NCBI GenBank assembly: GCA_963719515.1
Contig: CAVRCJ010000001.1
Span: 301,079-365,078 of the forward strand
From: an uncultured cyanobacterium
Lineage (GTDB): Bacteria; Cyanobacteriota; Cyanobacteriia; CAKZMO01
Direction of reading: 5' to 3'
Length of the DNA stretch: 64,000 nt
In this document: one piece after another, positions 27,667 through 38,277 of the stretch
Layout: each line of letters begins with the position of its first letter
How positions within the stretch are numbered: position 1 is the first letter of the stretch
Notes under the pieces: generated by a model
What the model was told of the DNA's origin: nothing
Database searches by the model: none
What the model saw: only the letters and a program-made list of their open reading frames with translations
Made by a program: the position numbers and the translations under genes

Positions 27667-28653
27667 GGTGTATCAAGAATTAATTGCGGTTGCTGTCAGC
27701 GATCGCGGGTGGTTGGGCCGCGTTGAGCTGAAGCTGGCCTATGATTTCCATACCTGATTCTAAGGGAGAGGTATAGGCTATTGATGGCCCTTTGCGCCTA
27801 ACGCCGTTCCACGAATAGCTAACGAGGGTTATGAAAATGCGATCGCCTAATGGAATGAAGTGCTGGTCTGTGGCGGCTTGGATGTTGCCGGGGCTGCTGA
27901 TGGTGGCGGCTCCGGTCGTGGGGATGGCGGAGGTAAGGGTGCAGGGGGTGGAGACGGACCGTAAGGCGGAGGCGGACCGGCTGCTTCAGCAGGGCATTGA
28001 GGAGTTTAACGGCAGTCAGTTTCGTGAGGCGCTGCAGTTTTGGGAGCGATCGCTAGAGATTTATCGGGGGATAGGCGATCGCCGCGGGGAAGGCGCTGCC
28101 CTGGGCAACTTGGGCCTTGCCTACAGCAACCTAGGGCAATACCAACAGGCGATCGCCCTCTATGAGCAACACCTTGAAATCGCCCGAGAGATAGGCGATC
28201 GCCGCGGGGAAGGCGCTGCCCTGGGCAACTTGGGCAATGCCTACCGCAACCTAGGGCAATACCAAGAGGCGATCGCGCTCTATGAACAGTCCCTTGAGAT
28301 AGCCCGAGAGCTCGGCAACCGGCTCGCTGCAGGTAATGCCCTCGGCAACTTGGGTCTCGCTTATGACAACCTAGGGCAATACCAACAGGCGCTCGCATTC
28401 CATGAGCAGTCCCTTGAAATAGCCCGAGAGATTGGCGACCGCCGTGGGGAAGGCAATGCTCTGGGAAGCTTGGGCAATGCCTTCCTCCAACTAGGGCAAT
28501 ATCAACAAGCGATCACGCTCTATGAGCAGTACCTTGAAATTTTTCAAGAGATTGGTGACCGCCGAGGGGAAGGGGTCGCTCTCGGTAACTTGGGTCTCAT
28601 TTATGACAGCCTAGGGCAATATCAACAGGCGATTGCATCCTATCAGCAGTCCC

Positions 28654-29969
28654 CTTAGTGGTGCAGGGAAGTCCTGAAAGTATTGGTATACATAAAGTCT
28701 CAGCCTAGGACAGGGGTTAACGGTAGGGGTGTTCCATGAGAAGCTTAAGTTCCCCAACTCAAAGCTAAATCAATGGAAACACCCCTGCTTTATCGTCAGC
28801 TGATGGACCAACTACGTCAATGGGTCAACCCAAAAGACGAGCGTCACCTGCAAGGCGTTGCAGAAGCAGTCGCTGCTATCCTGCAATCTCAAAGCGCCTG
28901 TCTGGGGAAATGGGTCACCTACCTGAGCCATCGAAACTGCGAGGCTAGAGCACACATGGAGCGCCTAAGCTACTTGGTTCACAACCAGCACATCAGCGCT
29001 GAGCGCTTCTACGTACCGCTCCTACGCCATGCTCTGCAAGCATTTGACGGCAGCGAGATTACCCTAACTTTAGACACCAGCATGCTGTGGGAGCAGTTCT
29101 GTTTGGTGGAAGTCTGTCTGGTGTGGGGTGGGCGCTCGTTTGCCTTGGCTCAGGTGGTGCTAGAGCACAAGAGTGCTAGTGTCGCCTTCAAGGACTACAA
29201 ACACGTTCTTGAGGCAGCCAAAGCGCTGGTGCCCTCCGGTTGCGGGGTGACGCTGTTGGCTGACCGAGGCTTTGCCCACAGAGAACTGCTGGTCTGGCTC
29301 GAGGAGTGCCAGTGGCAGTGGGCGGTTCGGGTCAAGTGTGACATGCAGGTCCGCCTTGCTACTGGAGCGACTCGTTCGGTGCAATATCTATTCCCCCCAG
29401 AGCAGCAAGCTTATCTATTACACAATGTCACTGTCTTAGAGGACATTGAGGCGCACCTCGTCACAGGCCACCTTCCCAACGCCAGCGAGCCCTGGGCGGT
29501 TCTATCAAGCACGCCCCCCTCCCTGCAAACCTTCGCGCTCTACGGCAAGCGCTTTGGCGGCATAGAGCCGCACTTCAAAGACTACAAGTCGGCGGCCTTC
29601 AATGTTGTCGCTTCCGGTCTAAGGGATGCTCAAGCCCTGACGTGTCTATTCATGCTGTTGGACACGGCCTATCTGATTGCGCTGATTGTTGGCATGATCC
29701 TTGTTCAGAGCGGTCAACGCTCAAAGCTCGACTGGCATGGCGATAGGGGACTGAGTTTTCTGCAGCTTGGTCTGAGAAATATAGGACGGTGCTGCTACAG
29801 GCGAGTGCTACTGCCAACGCTGATTGCCCTGCCGCCCCAAAGTCCACCTAAAGCCTGTGCCTCGAGGCGCAAGCGAGCCGCTTTAGACTGCCAAATTGAG
29901 TTCTCAAGGGTGGTCGTCTTCTCATGATGAGTCCGCTTAAGCCTCCTTTGAGATTTCTGCACCACTAAG
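28654..29969 (+). mobile_element. Insertion sequence (IS4-superfamily-like) within CHAT-A
   Basis: TIR cttagtggtgcag / ctgcaccactaag; 10-bp TSD cagcagtccc at 28644-28653 and 29970-29979. Confidence 0.92.
28773..29927 (+). CDS. DDE transposase
   Basis: LTLDTS, LLADRGF and YGKRFGGIEPHFKDYKS motifs. Confidence 0.9.
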   Translation: METPLLYRQLMDQLRQWVNPKDERHLQGVAEAVAAILQSQSACLGKWVTYLSHRNCEARAHMERLSYLVHNQHISAERFYVPLLRHALQAFDGSEITLTLDTSMLWEQFCLVEVCLVWGGRSFALAQVVLEHKSASVAFKDYKHVLEAAKALVPSGCGVTLLADRGFAHRELLVWLEECQWQWAVRVKCDMQVRLATGATRSVQYLFPPEQQAYLLHNVTVLEDIEAHLVTGHLPNASEPWAVLSSTPPSLQTFALYGKRFGGIEPHFKDYKSAAFNVVASGLRDAQALTCLFMLLDTAYLIALIVGMILVQSGQRSKLDWHGDRGLSFLQLGLRNIGRCCYRRVLLPTLIALPPQSPPKACASRRKRAALDCQIEFSRVVVFS

Positions 29970-32258
29970 CAGCAGTCCCTTAAAATAGCCCGAGAGATTG
30001 GTGACCGCCGCGGGGAAGGTAATGCCCTGGGTAACTTGGGCAGTACCCTTGGCAACCTAGGACAATACAAAGAGGCGATCGCACTCTATGAGCAACAGCT
30101 TGAAATTTTTCAAGAGATAGGTGACCGCCAAGGGGAAGGGGTTACCTTTGGCAACTTGGGCATTGCTTACAGTAACCTAGGGCAATATCAACAAGCGATC
30201 GCGCTCCTTGAGCAGCGCCTTGAGATAGCCCGAGAGATTGGCGACCGCCAAGGGGAAGGCAATGCCATCGGCAGCTTGGGTAACGCTTACCTCCGACTAG
30301 GACAATACCAACAGGGGATCGCATTTCATAAGCAATACCTTGAGATAGCCCGAGAGATTGGCGACCGCCAAGGGGAAGGCAACGCCCTCGGCAACTTAGG
30401 CAATGCTTACCTTCAGGTAGGGCAATACCAACAGGCCATCGCTTCTTATCAGCAGGCTCTAGCCATCCACCAAGACATCGGCGATCGCGCTGCCGTAGGG
30501 CTTGGGTTTAGCAACATCGGCAACCTCTTCGCCACGCAAGACCAACCTCAACTCGCCATCCTCTTCCTCAAACAGTCCGTCAACGTCCGCGAATCTATAC
30601 GCAACGACATCCGCCAGCTCCCCACCGACCAACAGCAATCCTTTACCGACACCGTCGCGGACACCTACCGCCAGCTAGCCGACCTCCTCCTCCAAGAGAA
30701 CCGAATCCTAGAAGCCCAGCGCGTCCTCGACCTCCTCAAAGTCCAAGAGCTAGGCGACTACCTCGGCACCGTCCGCAGCAGCCCCAACACCCAAACCGGC
30801 ATCGACCTCACCACACCCGAACGCCCCGTCCGCGATCGCCAGCAGGCCATCACCAACCGAGCGATCGCCGTGGGCCAGCAAATCGCCCAGCTGCGGCAGA
30901 TAGACGAAGGGCGATCGCCCCAGCAGCAGGCGCAGCTCATTGAACTCGAAGCCGAACAGGACGACATCCGCGCCGAATTCTTCGCCTTTATCGACGGGCC
31001 AGAGGTGCAGGCCCTGGTTGACGCTCTCAGCCGCGACCAGGCTAAGCAAGATCTAGTGGCCAACCTAGAGGAGCTAGTCAACCTGCAAAACAACCTCAAA
31101 GACCTGAACCAAAACGCGGTCCTCATCTATCCCCTAGTCCTAGAAGATCGCCTAGAGCTAGTGCTGGTCACTCCCTTCAGCGAACCCACCCGCTACCCCA
31201 TCACCGTCCCTCGGGAAGAGCTGAACCAGGCCATCGTCCAGTTTCGCCAAGCTTTAGAAGATCCCACCAGCAACCCGCTGCCCGCCGCCCAGCAGCTCTA
31301 CGACTGGCTGATTGCTCCCATGGCCGATGACCTAGCCGCCATTGACGCTCAAACCCTGCTCTACGCCCCCGATAGCATCCTGCGCTACATCCCCCTCGCC
31401 GCCCTGCACAACGGCGACAGATGGCTAGCAGAAGATTACCGCGTCAACCACATCACCGCCGCCAGCCTGGGCAACCTCAACCTGCGCCCCGACTCAGAAC
31501 TCGACATCCTAGCCGCCGCCTTCAGCGACGGGTTCCACAGCGTTGCCGTGGGAGAGCGCAATCTCGACTTTGACGGCCTCCCCTTCGCCGGGCAGGAGGT
31601 AGAGAACTTGGCCAAGGCCTTCCCCGGCACCACAACTCTGGTCAACGACGACTTCAGCCTTGATGATACTGTCCTGCTCATGGATGATCACACCGTGGTC
31701 CACCTGGCCACCCACGCCGCCTTTGTCCAGGGCACCCCCCAAGATTCCTTCATCCTATTCGGCAACGGCGATCGCATTACCCTGGAGGAAATGAAGCAGT
31801 GGCGGGGCCGCTTCAACGCTATCGACCTAATTGTGCTCAGCGCCTGTGAAACAGGGCTAGGAGACGATGGCTCCGGCACCGGGGAAGAGATTCTCGGCTT
31901 TGGCTACCTGATGCAGCAGGCGGGGGCCGCAGCGGCGATCGCCTCTCTATGGCAAGTGAGCGACGGCGGCACCCAAGCGCTGATGAACGCCTTTTACACC
32001 GCGCTGAGCAACGGCTACAGCAAAGCAGAGGCCCTGCAGCGATCGCAGCGGGCGTTGATTGAGGGTGACCTCTCGGTTGTGGGGGAACAGCGCGGCACCA
32101 TTGAGCTGATCAGCACGGCAACAGGGGAGCCGATTAGCGCTGATGACCTCAGCCATCCATACTACTGGGCACCGTTCATCCTCATCGGCAACGGGCTGTA
32201 GGATGTGCAGGATACCCATGCCCTACTAAAGAGCAGTCACTAGCGCAGATCCTCTGGG

Positions 32259-33011
32259 TCAATTTGGGCAAAGTACCTCGGGCGCTTCACTGATCAGAGT
32301 TACCAGCTCCGCTGAAGGATTCTCCACCAAAAGGACTTCCCTCCAAAAATCGGACCAAAAGCCTTTAGCCGCGAAGTAGTCAGCGCGTCGTCTGGCCTTT
32401 TCTTCAGAGGAGCCCCCCGCCGCCGCTAGGGCGTCTAGCTCCTCGTTAATTTGCGCCTGCTGGGCTGACGTCAGGGTCACAAACGGCACCTCGACTGGAG
32501 GCTGGTCGGTCTCGGGTGAGTAAATTAGCCACTGGTATATCTGACCTGGAGCGATGGAGGGGGTGCCATTGTAGATGGCGTGACCCTGCTCACCCGTGGT
32601 CTGCCACAACGGTGACTGCGCCCCTTGCAACCGCAGCTCAACGGTCTCTACATCGCCTTTCCACACCAAGGTTGGCCCCGATATCGTCGTCTGGGTCACT
32701 TCCAGGTTGGCAACGGATGTCAATGGCGCAATCAGGCAAAGGTCAGTCGCGATGGCGCTAGGAGAATCGCCTCTGCTGCCGCCGGGATCAGTCGGGACCG
32801 GTGGCTCAATCCTGCGCTCTTGCAAACTGCCTCGGCTTCCCCCCCCTTCAGCAGGCACCGGGGGATCGCTGCTAAAAATATCGCTCCAAGAGATCCAAGC
32901 CGTTGAGGTGAACTGGGCGATCGCCTCTGTTGCGGGCAGCGCTAGCCCTAACGTGAGACTAGCGACAAGGGACAGGCGAACGGTAGCGCGAGCTGAGCAG
33001 TAGAGCATCAT
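32259..33011 (-). CDS. Secreted DUF928-like protein
   Basis: Signal peptide ending EAIA; GGSRG twice; LCLIAP, PTLVW, GQIYQW, YFAAKGFWSD; ATG overlaps the upstream stop (ATGA). Confidence 0.75.
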   Translation of the reverse strand: MMLYCSARATVRLSLVASLTLGLALPATEAIAQFTSTAWISWSDIFSSDPPVPAEGGGSRGSLQERRIEPPVPTDPGGSRGDSPSAIATDLCLIAPLTSVANLEVTQTTISGPTLVWKGDVETVELRLQGAQSPLWQTTGEQGHAIYNGTPSIAPGQIYQWLIYSPETDQPPVEVPFVTLTSAQQAQINEELDALAAAGGSSEEKARRRADYFAAKGFWSDFWREVLLVENPSAELVTLISEAPEVLCPN

Positions 33012-35394
33012 GACTTTTTCCTGGTGAGTGCTGGAAAGCTGTAAAAGACTATCGTCAGAACCGGAAGCACAACGGGCAGCAAAACTGCCGTAGAAACGAA
33101 GAGTTGAAAGCTGATGCCGGTGCAAAGAGCGGTGCCTGCCGCAAAGATGAGCCACCGCGATCGCCGACTAAGCTGTTCTAGAGAGGATGATCCCGGCTTA
33201 GAAAACCGCTGGCGCTGAACATATACCGTCAACGCTTTACCGATAAGAGCCATCAACCCAATCATCCAGAGATTGGGAACCGAGACAACGTACCGTTGAT
33301 CAAAGTAATGGCTGAGCTGGTAAGCGTGGATCTCACCGCCCGTGAGAATTTTGCGATTGTCTGATGAGGTCAGCTGTCGCCGCCAGTAGGCAACAGCGGC
33401 GGGCGTCGGTTGACTATCTTGGTTTGCCTTGTGAATTCCAGCCTCGCGATACCCTCCTGCGGCAATCATGACAACCTGATGCTCAAGGGATTGCAGTCGT
33501 TCAGGGGTTTCGTTGCTAGAATCAGCTGCAAGCAGCTCCCACGCCGAAATCCGCTCATAGACTTGGGGGGGGGAACTGAGAAATCAACTATTGGATGAAG
33601 CCACATCTGCCGAAGTCGATAGCCAATCTCCGAAATCAGCATGGAGCGAGGGGGGGCTAGTTGAGAGACATGACGCGGGTGATAGCGTGTCAGCTCATAG
33701 CTAAAGGGCTGAGGTTCAGTCGGGTCCGCTGACAGCAATTTGAGGTAGTAGGTGTTTCCCAAGCGGCGGTAGCGGATATCGCCGTGGATGCTTTCCTCAA
33801 ACTGGGCCAGTTCTGGCAGAGCAAATAGCCAAGCATCATTGAGCGATGGAGTCGCGGCAAAAACAACGTCAACATCTCGATCAGCAGCGGCCTGAAGCGA
33901 TAGGGCCAGTTGCGCATCGTTATCTTGGGGGTAGTCCAAAAGGTAATCCAATCCAATCACTTGGGCATTGAGTGACACTAGCTGATCCACTATCTGCGCC
34001 AAATAGCCGCGATCCATCACCTTCGGATCGCTGATGTTTGCCTTCGCGATCGAGGTGTCATCGATTTGCACCAGCAGCACGGGCGGCACTTGGTCCGCTG
34101 TGAACTGCTGAGTTGCGTGGCGATAAAAGGCCTGCGCCACCATCCGCCGCTCCAATAGCCAGCTCTGCACCGGCAACTGCCAGCTCAGCGCCGCCAATAG
34201 CCCCACCGCGATCGCCTCCCGACGGCTAGGTATCAGTTTCTGCAGCCGCTGCCGCCAGCCGTAGGGCTGAAGCTGAAATAGCGGGGCGCTGGGGCGGCAA
34301 AAGAGGGAGGGGACCAAATCTGCAGAAGGATAGGTCAGTTCGGCCTTACTTTTGAGAAACTCGGTGGCGGCAATCAGAGCGGTGTGGACATCCGCGTAGG
34401 CAGCGAGGCTCTGTAAGAACTGCGGCAAAAAGAGCTGGGCCACCCGGTTGTGGATCGGTTCGCGCATCACCGCCACTTGGTTCAGCCCCAGGCCAATGAG
34501 GGCGGCGGCGATATCCATGCCGTTGCAGGAATTGAACAGAGCAAACTGCAGCCCCCGCTGCTGGGCTTTCTCCAGGTGGGGCTGCAGTTCACTAAGGGCA
34601 ATAGCCGTATTGGGCGCAATCGCCAGCTCTCCCCCTAGCCCTGGCTTCTCGTTGCTGTGCCCCGCAAAAAAGAGGATGTCCCACCCCTGCTCGGCGGCGA
34701 TCGCCGCGACGATATCGCGCTTGAGGGTCTCGATGTCAGCCCCCGGCTGCCAGCCCACAAAGCGGATCTCAGCCAGAGAGGCCAGCGACTGTACCGCCTT
34801 GCGGTCTTCCGCAAAATTGAGGCCGGTATCATCCCCCATAATCGCCAAAATGCGAAGACGACGGCGTGAAGACTGGGGCACAGCCGCCGCAGCGCGAATA
34901 TTGTCTGGGGTACGGGCAATGCGGATGCTGCCCGTGGCGGCAAACTCGCGACCAATCTCCCACGCCTCCCACGGCAGGCGGGCGATGTCATCTGTCGAGC
35001 AAGTCAGGAAAATATTGACGGCGGCATCGGCGCGGCTTGCTTTCGCAATCTCAGAGCGGATATCGTGCAGCTCTGGCGATCGCAGCCACTGGTGGAAGTC
35101 GTGCAGCAGCCGCGACTTTGCCTCGACAAGCCGCATCCGCCGGTCATTGGGTGTGGCAATCACGCTACCGCCGCCAACGGCCTTGCCGCGCAGCCCATCC
35201 CCAGCCTCTGGTGGGTCTAGAGAAATCGGCAGCGTTTGATAAAAGCTGAGGTAAGTTCGCTGCCAATCGCGATAGCGCTGCATCAGCACGTCTGGAAAGG
35301 TGACCGGGACGCTCAACTGCCGTTCTCCGTCCCACCTTAAGGTAAACAGGCAGTCTTGCCCCACGTGCCGTACCAAAAGTCGAAAGTTAGTCAT
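33008..35394 (-). pseudogene. Membrane CHAT-CHASE2 protein, frameshifted at a G9 tract (33565-33573)
   Basis: N-terminal CHAT (LPWEAW, FFAGHS, FNSCNG), TM helix, CHASE2 (LLVQIDD, VIGLDYLLD); adding one base joins DFSVPPP-QVYERISAWELL to the 33008-33469 ORF with its TM helices. Confidence 0.85.
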
Positions 35395-36706
35395 GACGAA
35401 TATAGGTAAAAGGCGGTAAGGTGATTTCCGCGCCGTTGGTTAAATTAACCGTGACCTGAAACTGCTCGCGCCACTCGCCAACGACCTGGGAGAACAAGTA
35501 GGCGTCAGGCCCTGTTTCCGATAGGGTCTGCTGGTCTAGCACCTGTATATCGTCGCTGATCCTGAGGGTAATGCCAGCGGGTAGCTCTCGGTTGGGCTGT
35601 GGCCCGAGCAGCAGCAGTAGGCACCAAGCCTGGTCCGATGCGGTGGAGAGATCCCAGGTGATGGCGTAGAGGCGCACCGACACCGTTTCCCAGGTGAGGT
35701 CGCGGTAGGCGGCGCGGGCCTGGGAGGGAATCGGGGTACCGCTTTGGGATATCGTGGTCACGATGTCCTCGAACTGCTCCACGGGCGATCGCGCATACCG
35801 CATTGAGGTTGCCTCCTGGAGCCGCGATAGGGGCGGCAGCAATCGCCAGTCTTGGTCTTGAGGAATTTGTACTGAGTCTTGGAACCACTGCCTGACGTTG
35901 ACGACAGCCTGCGCCACTGGGCCGGGTGATGGACTAGGCAATAGCGATCGCCCTAGCTCAGGCTGGGTGAGGACTACCGCTGCCTGCTCCCAGGTGAGCA
36001 GCTTCCAAATAGGCACCTGAGATTGAAGTCGACCTGCGAGAGTGGATAGGGTCTCTTGCACCTGAGCTACAGAGGGCAGCGTAGGGGGCGCGATCGCCAC
36101 TGAGCCTGACGCCACTGAGCCTGACGCCAGAGCTTCGGGCGGCAGGCAGCGCAGGTAAAGCAGCAAGGCATCGGGGTCAAGATCAAACCAGGTTCGGGGG
36201 ATGGTGTAAGTCCAGTCGCGATGAGCGGTCAATTCTTCTGGCAGCGCCGCGATATGGGCGCGCATCTGGTCATAGCGCAGGCATCCCTGCACATCGACCT
36301 GTCCGACTTCCTCCCGCACGTCGACTAGCACCAATAGCTGTGGCACAAACGCGGCTAGCTCTAAAGCAGCTCGGGGAATGGTAACGGCCTCGTCGTCCAG
36401 GCTCCCAGCGGGAATGAGACAGAGGCGAAAGCCGTTAACCTCTAGGCTGCACACGGCGCTCAGCAGCCCCGCCACCTCAGGCCGCGTCACCGAACAGGCG
36501 GGGTTTTCTACGGCGATGCCCCGCTCAGATAGCCACTGCTGAAATCCCACCCAGGCGATCGCATTGAGATGAGCTTGCCAGCCCTCGGCGGGACGGAGGG
36601 TTTCAGTTTGTGCAACCGCTCGCTCTAGATCTTCTTCTGACAAAACAATTAGGTTGGGAGACTGTGTCTCGGCTTCGAGAGCCAGCGAATCTTCAGTAAG
36701 TGTCAT
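35387..36706 (-). CDS. DUF1822-like cytoplasmic protein
   Basis: LEVNGFRLCLIP, VTIPRAALE, VREEVGQV, LLLYLRCL, VVNVRQWF, LPAGITLRISD; stop overlaps the CHAT-CHASE2 start. Confidence 0.75.
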   Translation of the reverse strand: MTLTEDSLALEAETQSPNLIVLSEEDLERAVAQTETLRPAEGWQAHLNAIAWVGFQQWLSERGIAVENPACSVTRPEVAGLLSAVCSLEVNGFRLCLIPAGSLDDEAVTIPRAALELAAFVPQLLVLVDVREEVGQVDVQGCLRYDQMRAHIAALPEELTAHRDWTYTIPRTWFDLDPDALLLYLRCLPPEALASGSVASGSVAIAPPTLPSVAQVQETLSTLAGRLQSQVPIWKLLTWEQAAVVLTQPELGRSLLPSPSPGPVAQAVVNVRQWFQDSVQIPQDQDWRLLPPLSRLQEATSMRYARSPVEQFEDIVTTISQSGTPIPSQARAAYRDLTWETVSVRLYAITWDLSTASDQAWCLLLLLGPQPNRELPAGITLRISDDIQVLDQQTLSETGPDAYLFSQVVGEWREQFQVTVNLTNGAEITLPPFTYIRHD

Positions 36707-36725
36707 GATATTTAATCTCCTAATC

Positions 36726-38090
36726 TTAAATTCTGGTGTCTAAATATCGGCACAGGTGGCGGGCAAATCGACTTTTCAGGGGACCGTTGCGGCGAACGCT
36801 AGTTTCCACTTCGGTTTCGTGAATCAGGTCTGTAATCTCTTCGTCTAGCGCCTGAGCGAGGCGCTGGTCGAGATCCTGTAGATTAGCGGCATTGGTGAAG
36901 GTTTTTGCCAGCAGCAGGATGCGATCGCGCAGCAGCTGCAGCATCTGGTGCCGCACATCGGTCCGCAGGGGCTTTAGCTTCAGCAAAGCGGTCACCTGAT
37001 CTTGACGGATATAGCCAATTTTGGGGGCAATGTCTTTCATGGCTTCTCCCAGGCAGTGAAACAGATGCAGCCCCTTGAGAAACCGCTGGGGGCGATCGCC
37101 CTTCCGCCGTCCTAGAAAGCTGACCCGCTGCTCAACGACGGTTTTTAGGGCGTCGTCTAGGCTAGAGAGAAACTGCTGCCGGTATTCGCCCAGAAAGACG
37201 TCGGCTTGGACGTCATCTGAGCTGGCATCGGTGGCGGAGAGACTATTTAGCGTTTTGGCTTGGTCGGGGTTGTCTAAAGAATCGGTGGGCAGCACCTTGC
37301 TGCGGTTGTGGATGCGCAGGGCGCGAAGCTGCTGGGCCAGGCTCTGCAGCTGCTGCATGACCTGGTTAGCCGATAGCGACAGCGAATACTCGTCGGCCAG
37401 ATATGCGGCAATGCGCTGCAGCTGGTCAGTGCTTGGGGGGGCGCACCGTCCTACCCGCTGCTTTTGCTTCTGCCGCCAGCGATCGCTCCGGTAGACGGCA
37501 TTATAGCCTTCTAGGAGGGCGCTAGCCTGGGACATTTCGACGGCGCTCAGCAGATGAAACATCCCTGACGCCTCAAGCTGAGAGGGTTTGGTATCGTTTA
37601 ATATAGCCCAATCGCTGACCAAATAAACGCCGTGCTCTAGGAGGACGGCATTAACCTCGCTGTGCTGGCGAACAAGCCGAATAGTCCAGGTGCTGAGGCT
37701 GCTCTGCTGTGGGTCGAAACTGTCGAGAACTTTGCTGGCGAATGACTGGTACGACGATTGGGGGCGATCGCGGATTAGGGAAGTGTCGTCCAGCACCAGA
37801 TGCAGCAGGTCGTAGCGGCTGACGCCGTGGCGCTTGCCAAAGCCCGCTTCTAGGTCTTGGCAAGCGTAGACAATCTGGTGAGAGATGAAGCATCGCAAAC
37901 AGGCTTCTGCAGCTTCCGCCTGATGGGCTTTCAGCCACCGCTGGATGTCGCGGTGGGGCAGCTCCTGGCGCGATATGCGATCGCTGCCCTCTCGCTCAAG
38001 CCAGGTGCGGGTGCTGTCAATGGTTCTACGCTGTGGGGTTCCAGCGGCGGTGAGATGCAGAAAGGTCCAGTATTGAGAGATGTCATCCAT
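36726..38090 (-). CDS. Divergent sigma-70-like / HetZ-related transcription factor
   Basis: Region-2-like FDPQQSSLSTWTIRLV; C-terminal HTH-like MKDIAPKIGYIRQDQVTALLK; AGGA RBS before ATG 38090. Confidence 0.6.
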   Translation of the reverse strand: MDDISQYWTFLHLTAAGTPQRRTIDSTRTWLEREGSDRISRQELPHRDIQRWLKAHQAEAAEACLRCFISHQIVYACQDLEAGFGKRHGVSRYDLLHLVLDDTSLIRDRPQSSYQSFASKVLDSFDPQQSSLSTWTIRLVRQHSEVNAVLLEHGVYLVSDWAILNDTKPSQLEASGMFHLLSAVEMSQASALLEGYNAVYRSDRWRQKQKQRVGRCAPPSTDQLQRIAAYLADEYSLSLSANQVMQQLQSLAQQLRALRIHNRSKVLPTDSLDNPDQAKTLNSLSATDASSDDVQADVFLGEYRQQFLSSLDDALKTVVEQRVSFLGRRKGDRPQRFLKGLHLFHCLGEAMKDIAPKIGYIRQDQVTALLKLKPLRTDVRHQMLQLLRDRILLLAKTFTNAANLQDLDQRLAQALDEEITDLIHETEVETSVRRNGPLKSRFARHLCRYLDTRI

Positions 38091-38277
38091 TATCAGTCCT
38101 CTAGGTCGTTGAGCGGCAGGGCACGACTCCGCCACTAGACTACAGAATTCTTCACTAATGGGAAATAGCTCTGAGCATTTTGAACCTATGGAAGTTTTGA
38201 GGTGCTGCCTGAGGTTCTGAATTCTGAATGGGTTGGGACGCAGTTTGATGCGCCCATACTACTTGTGGATTGTGGAA

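Larger units (their letters stand above)
27831..32201 (+). pseudogene. Secreted TPR-CHAT protease (CHAT-A) split by an IS; 1014 aa when reconstructed
   Basis: Removing the IS and one TSD copy restores the frame YQQS-LKIAREIGD; 9 x 40-aa TPRs; HLATH and LSACETG dyad; HPYYWAPFILIGNGL terminus. Confidence 0.9.

Noticed and set aside
36097-36129. 15-bp tandem duplication in DUF1822 (ASGSV twice)
   Set aside because: In-frame linker slippage with no evident function
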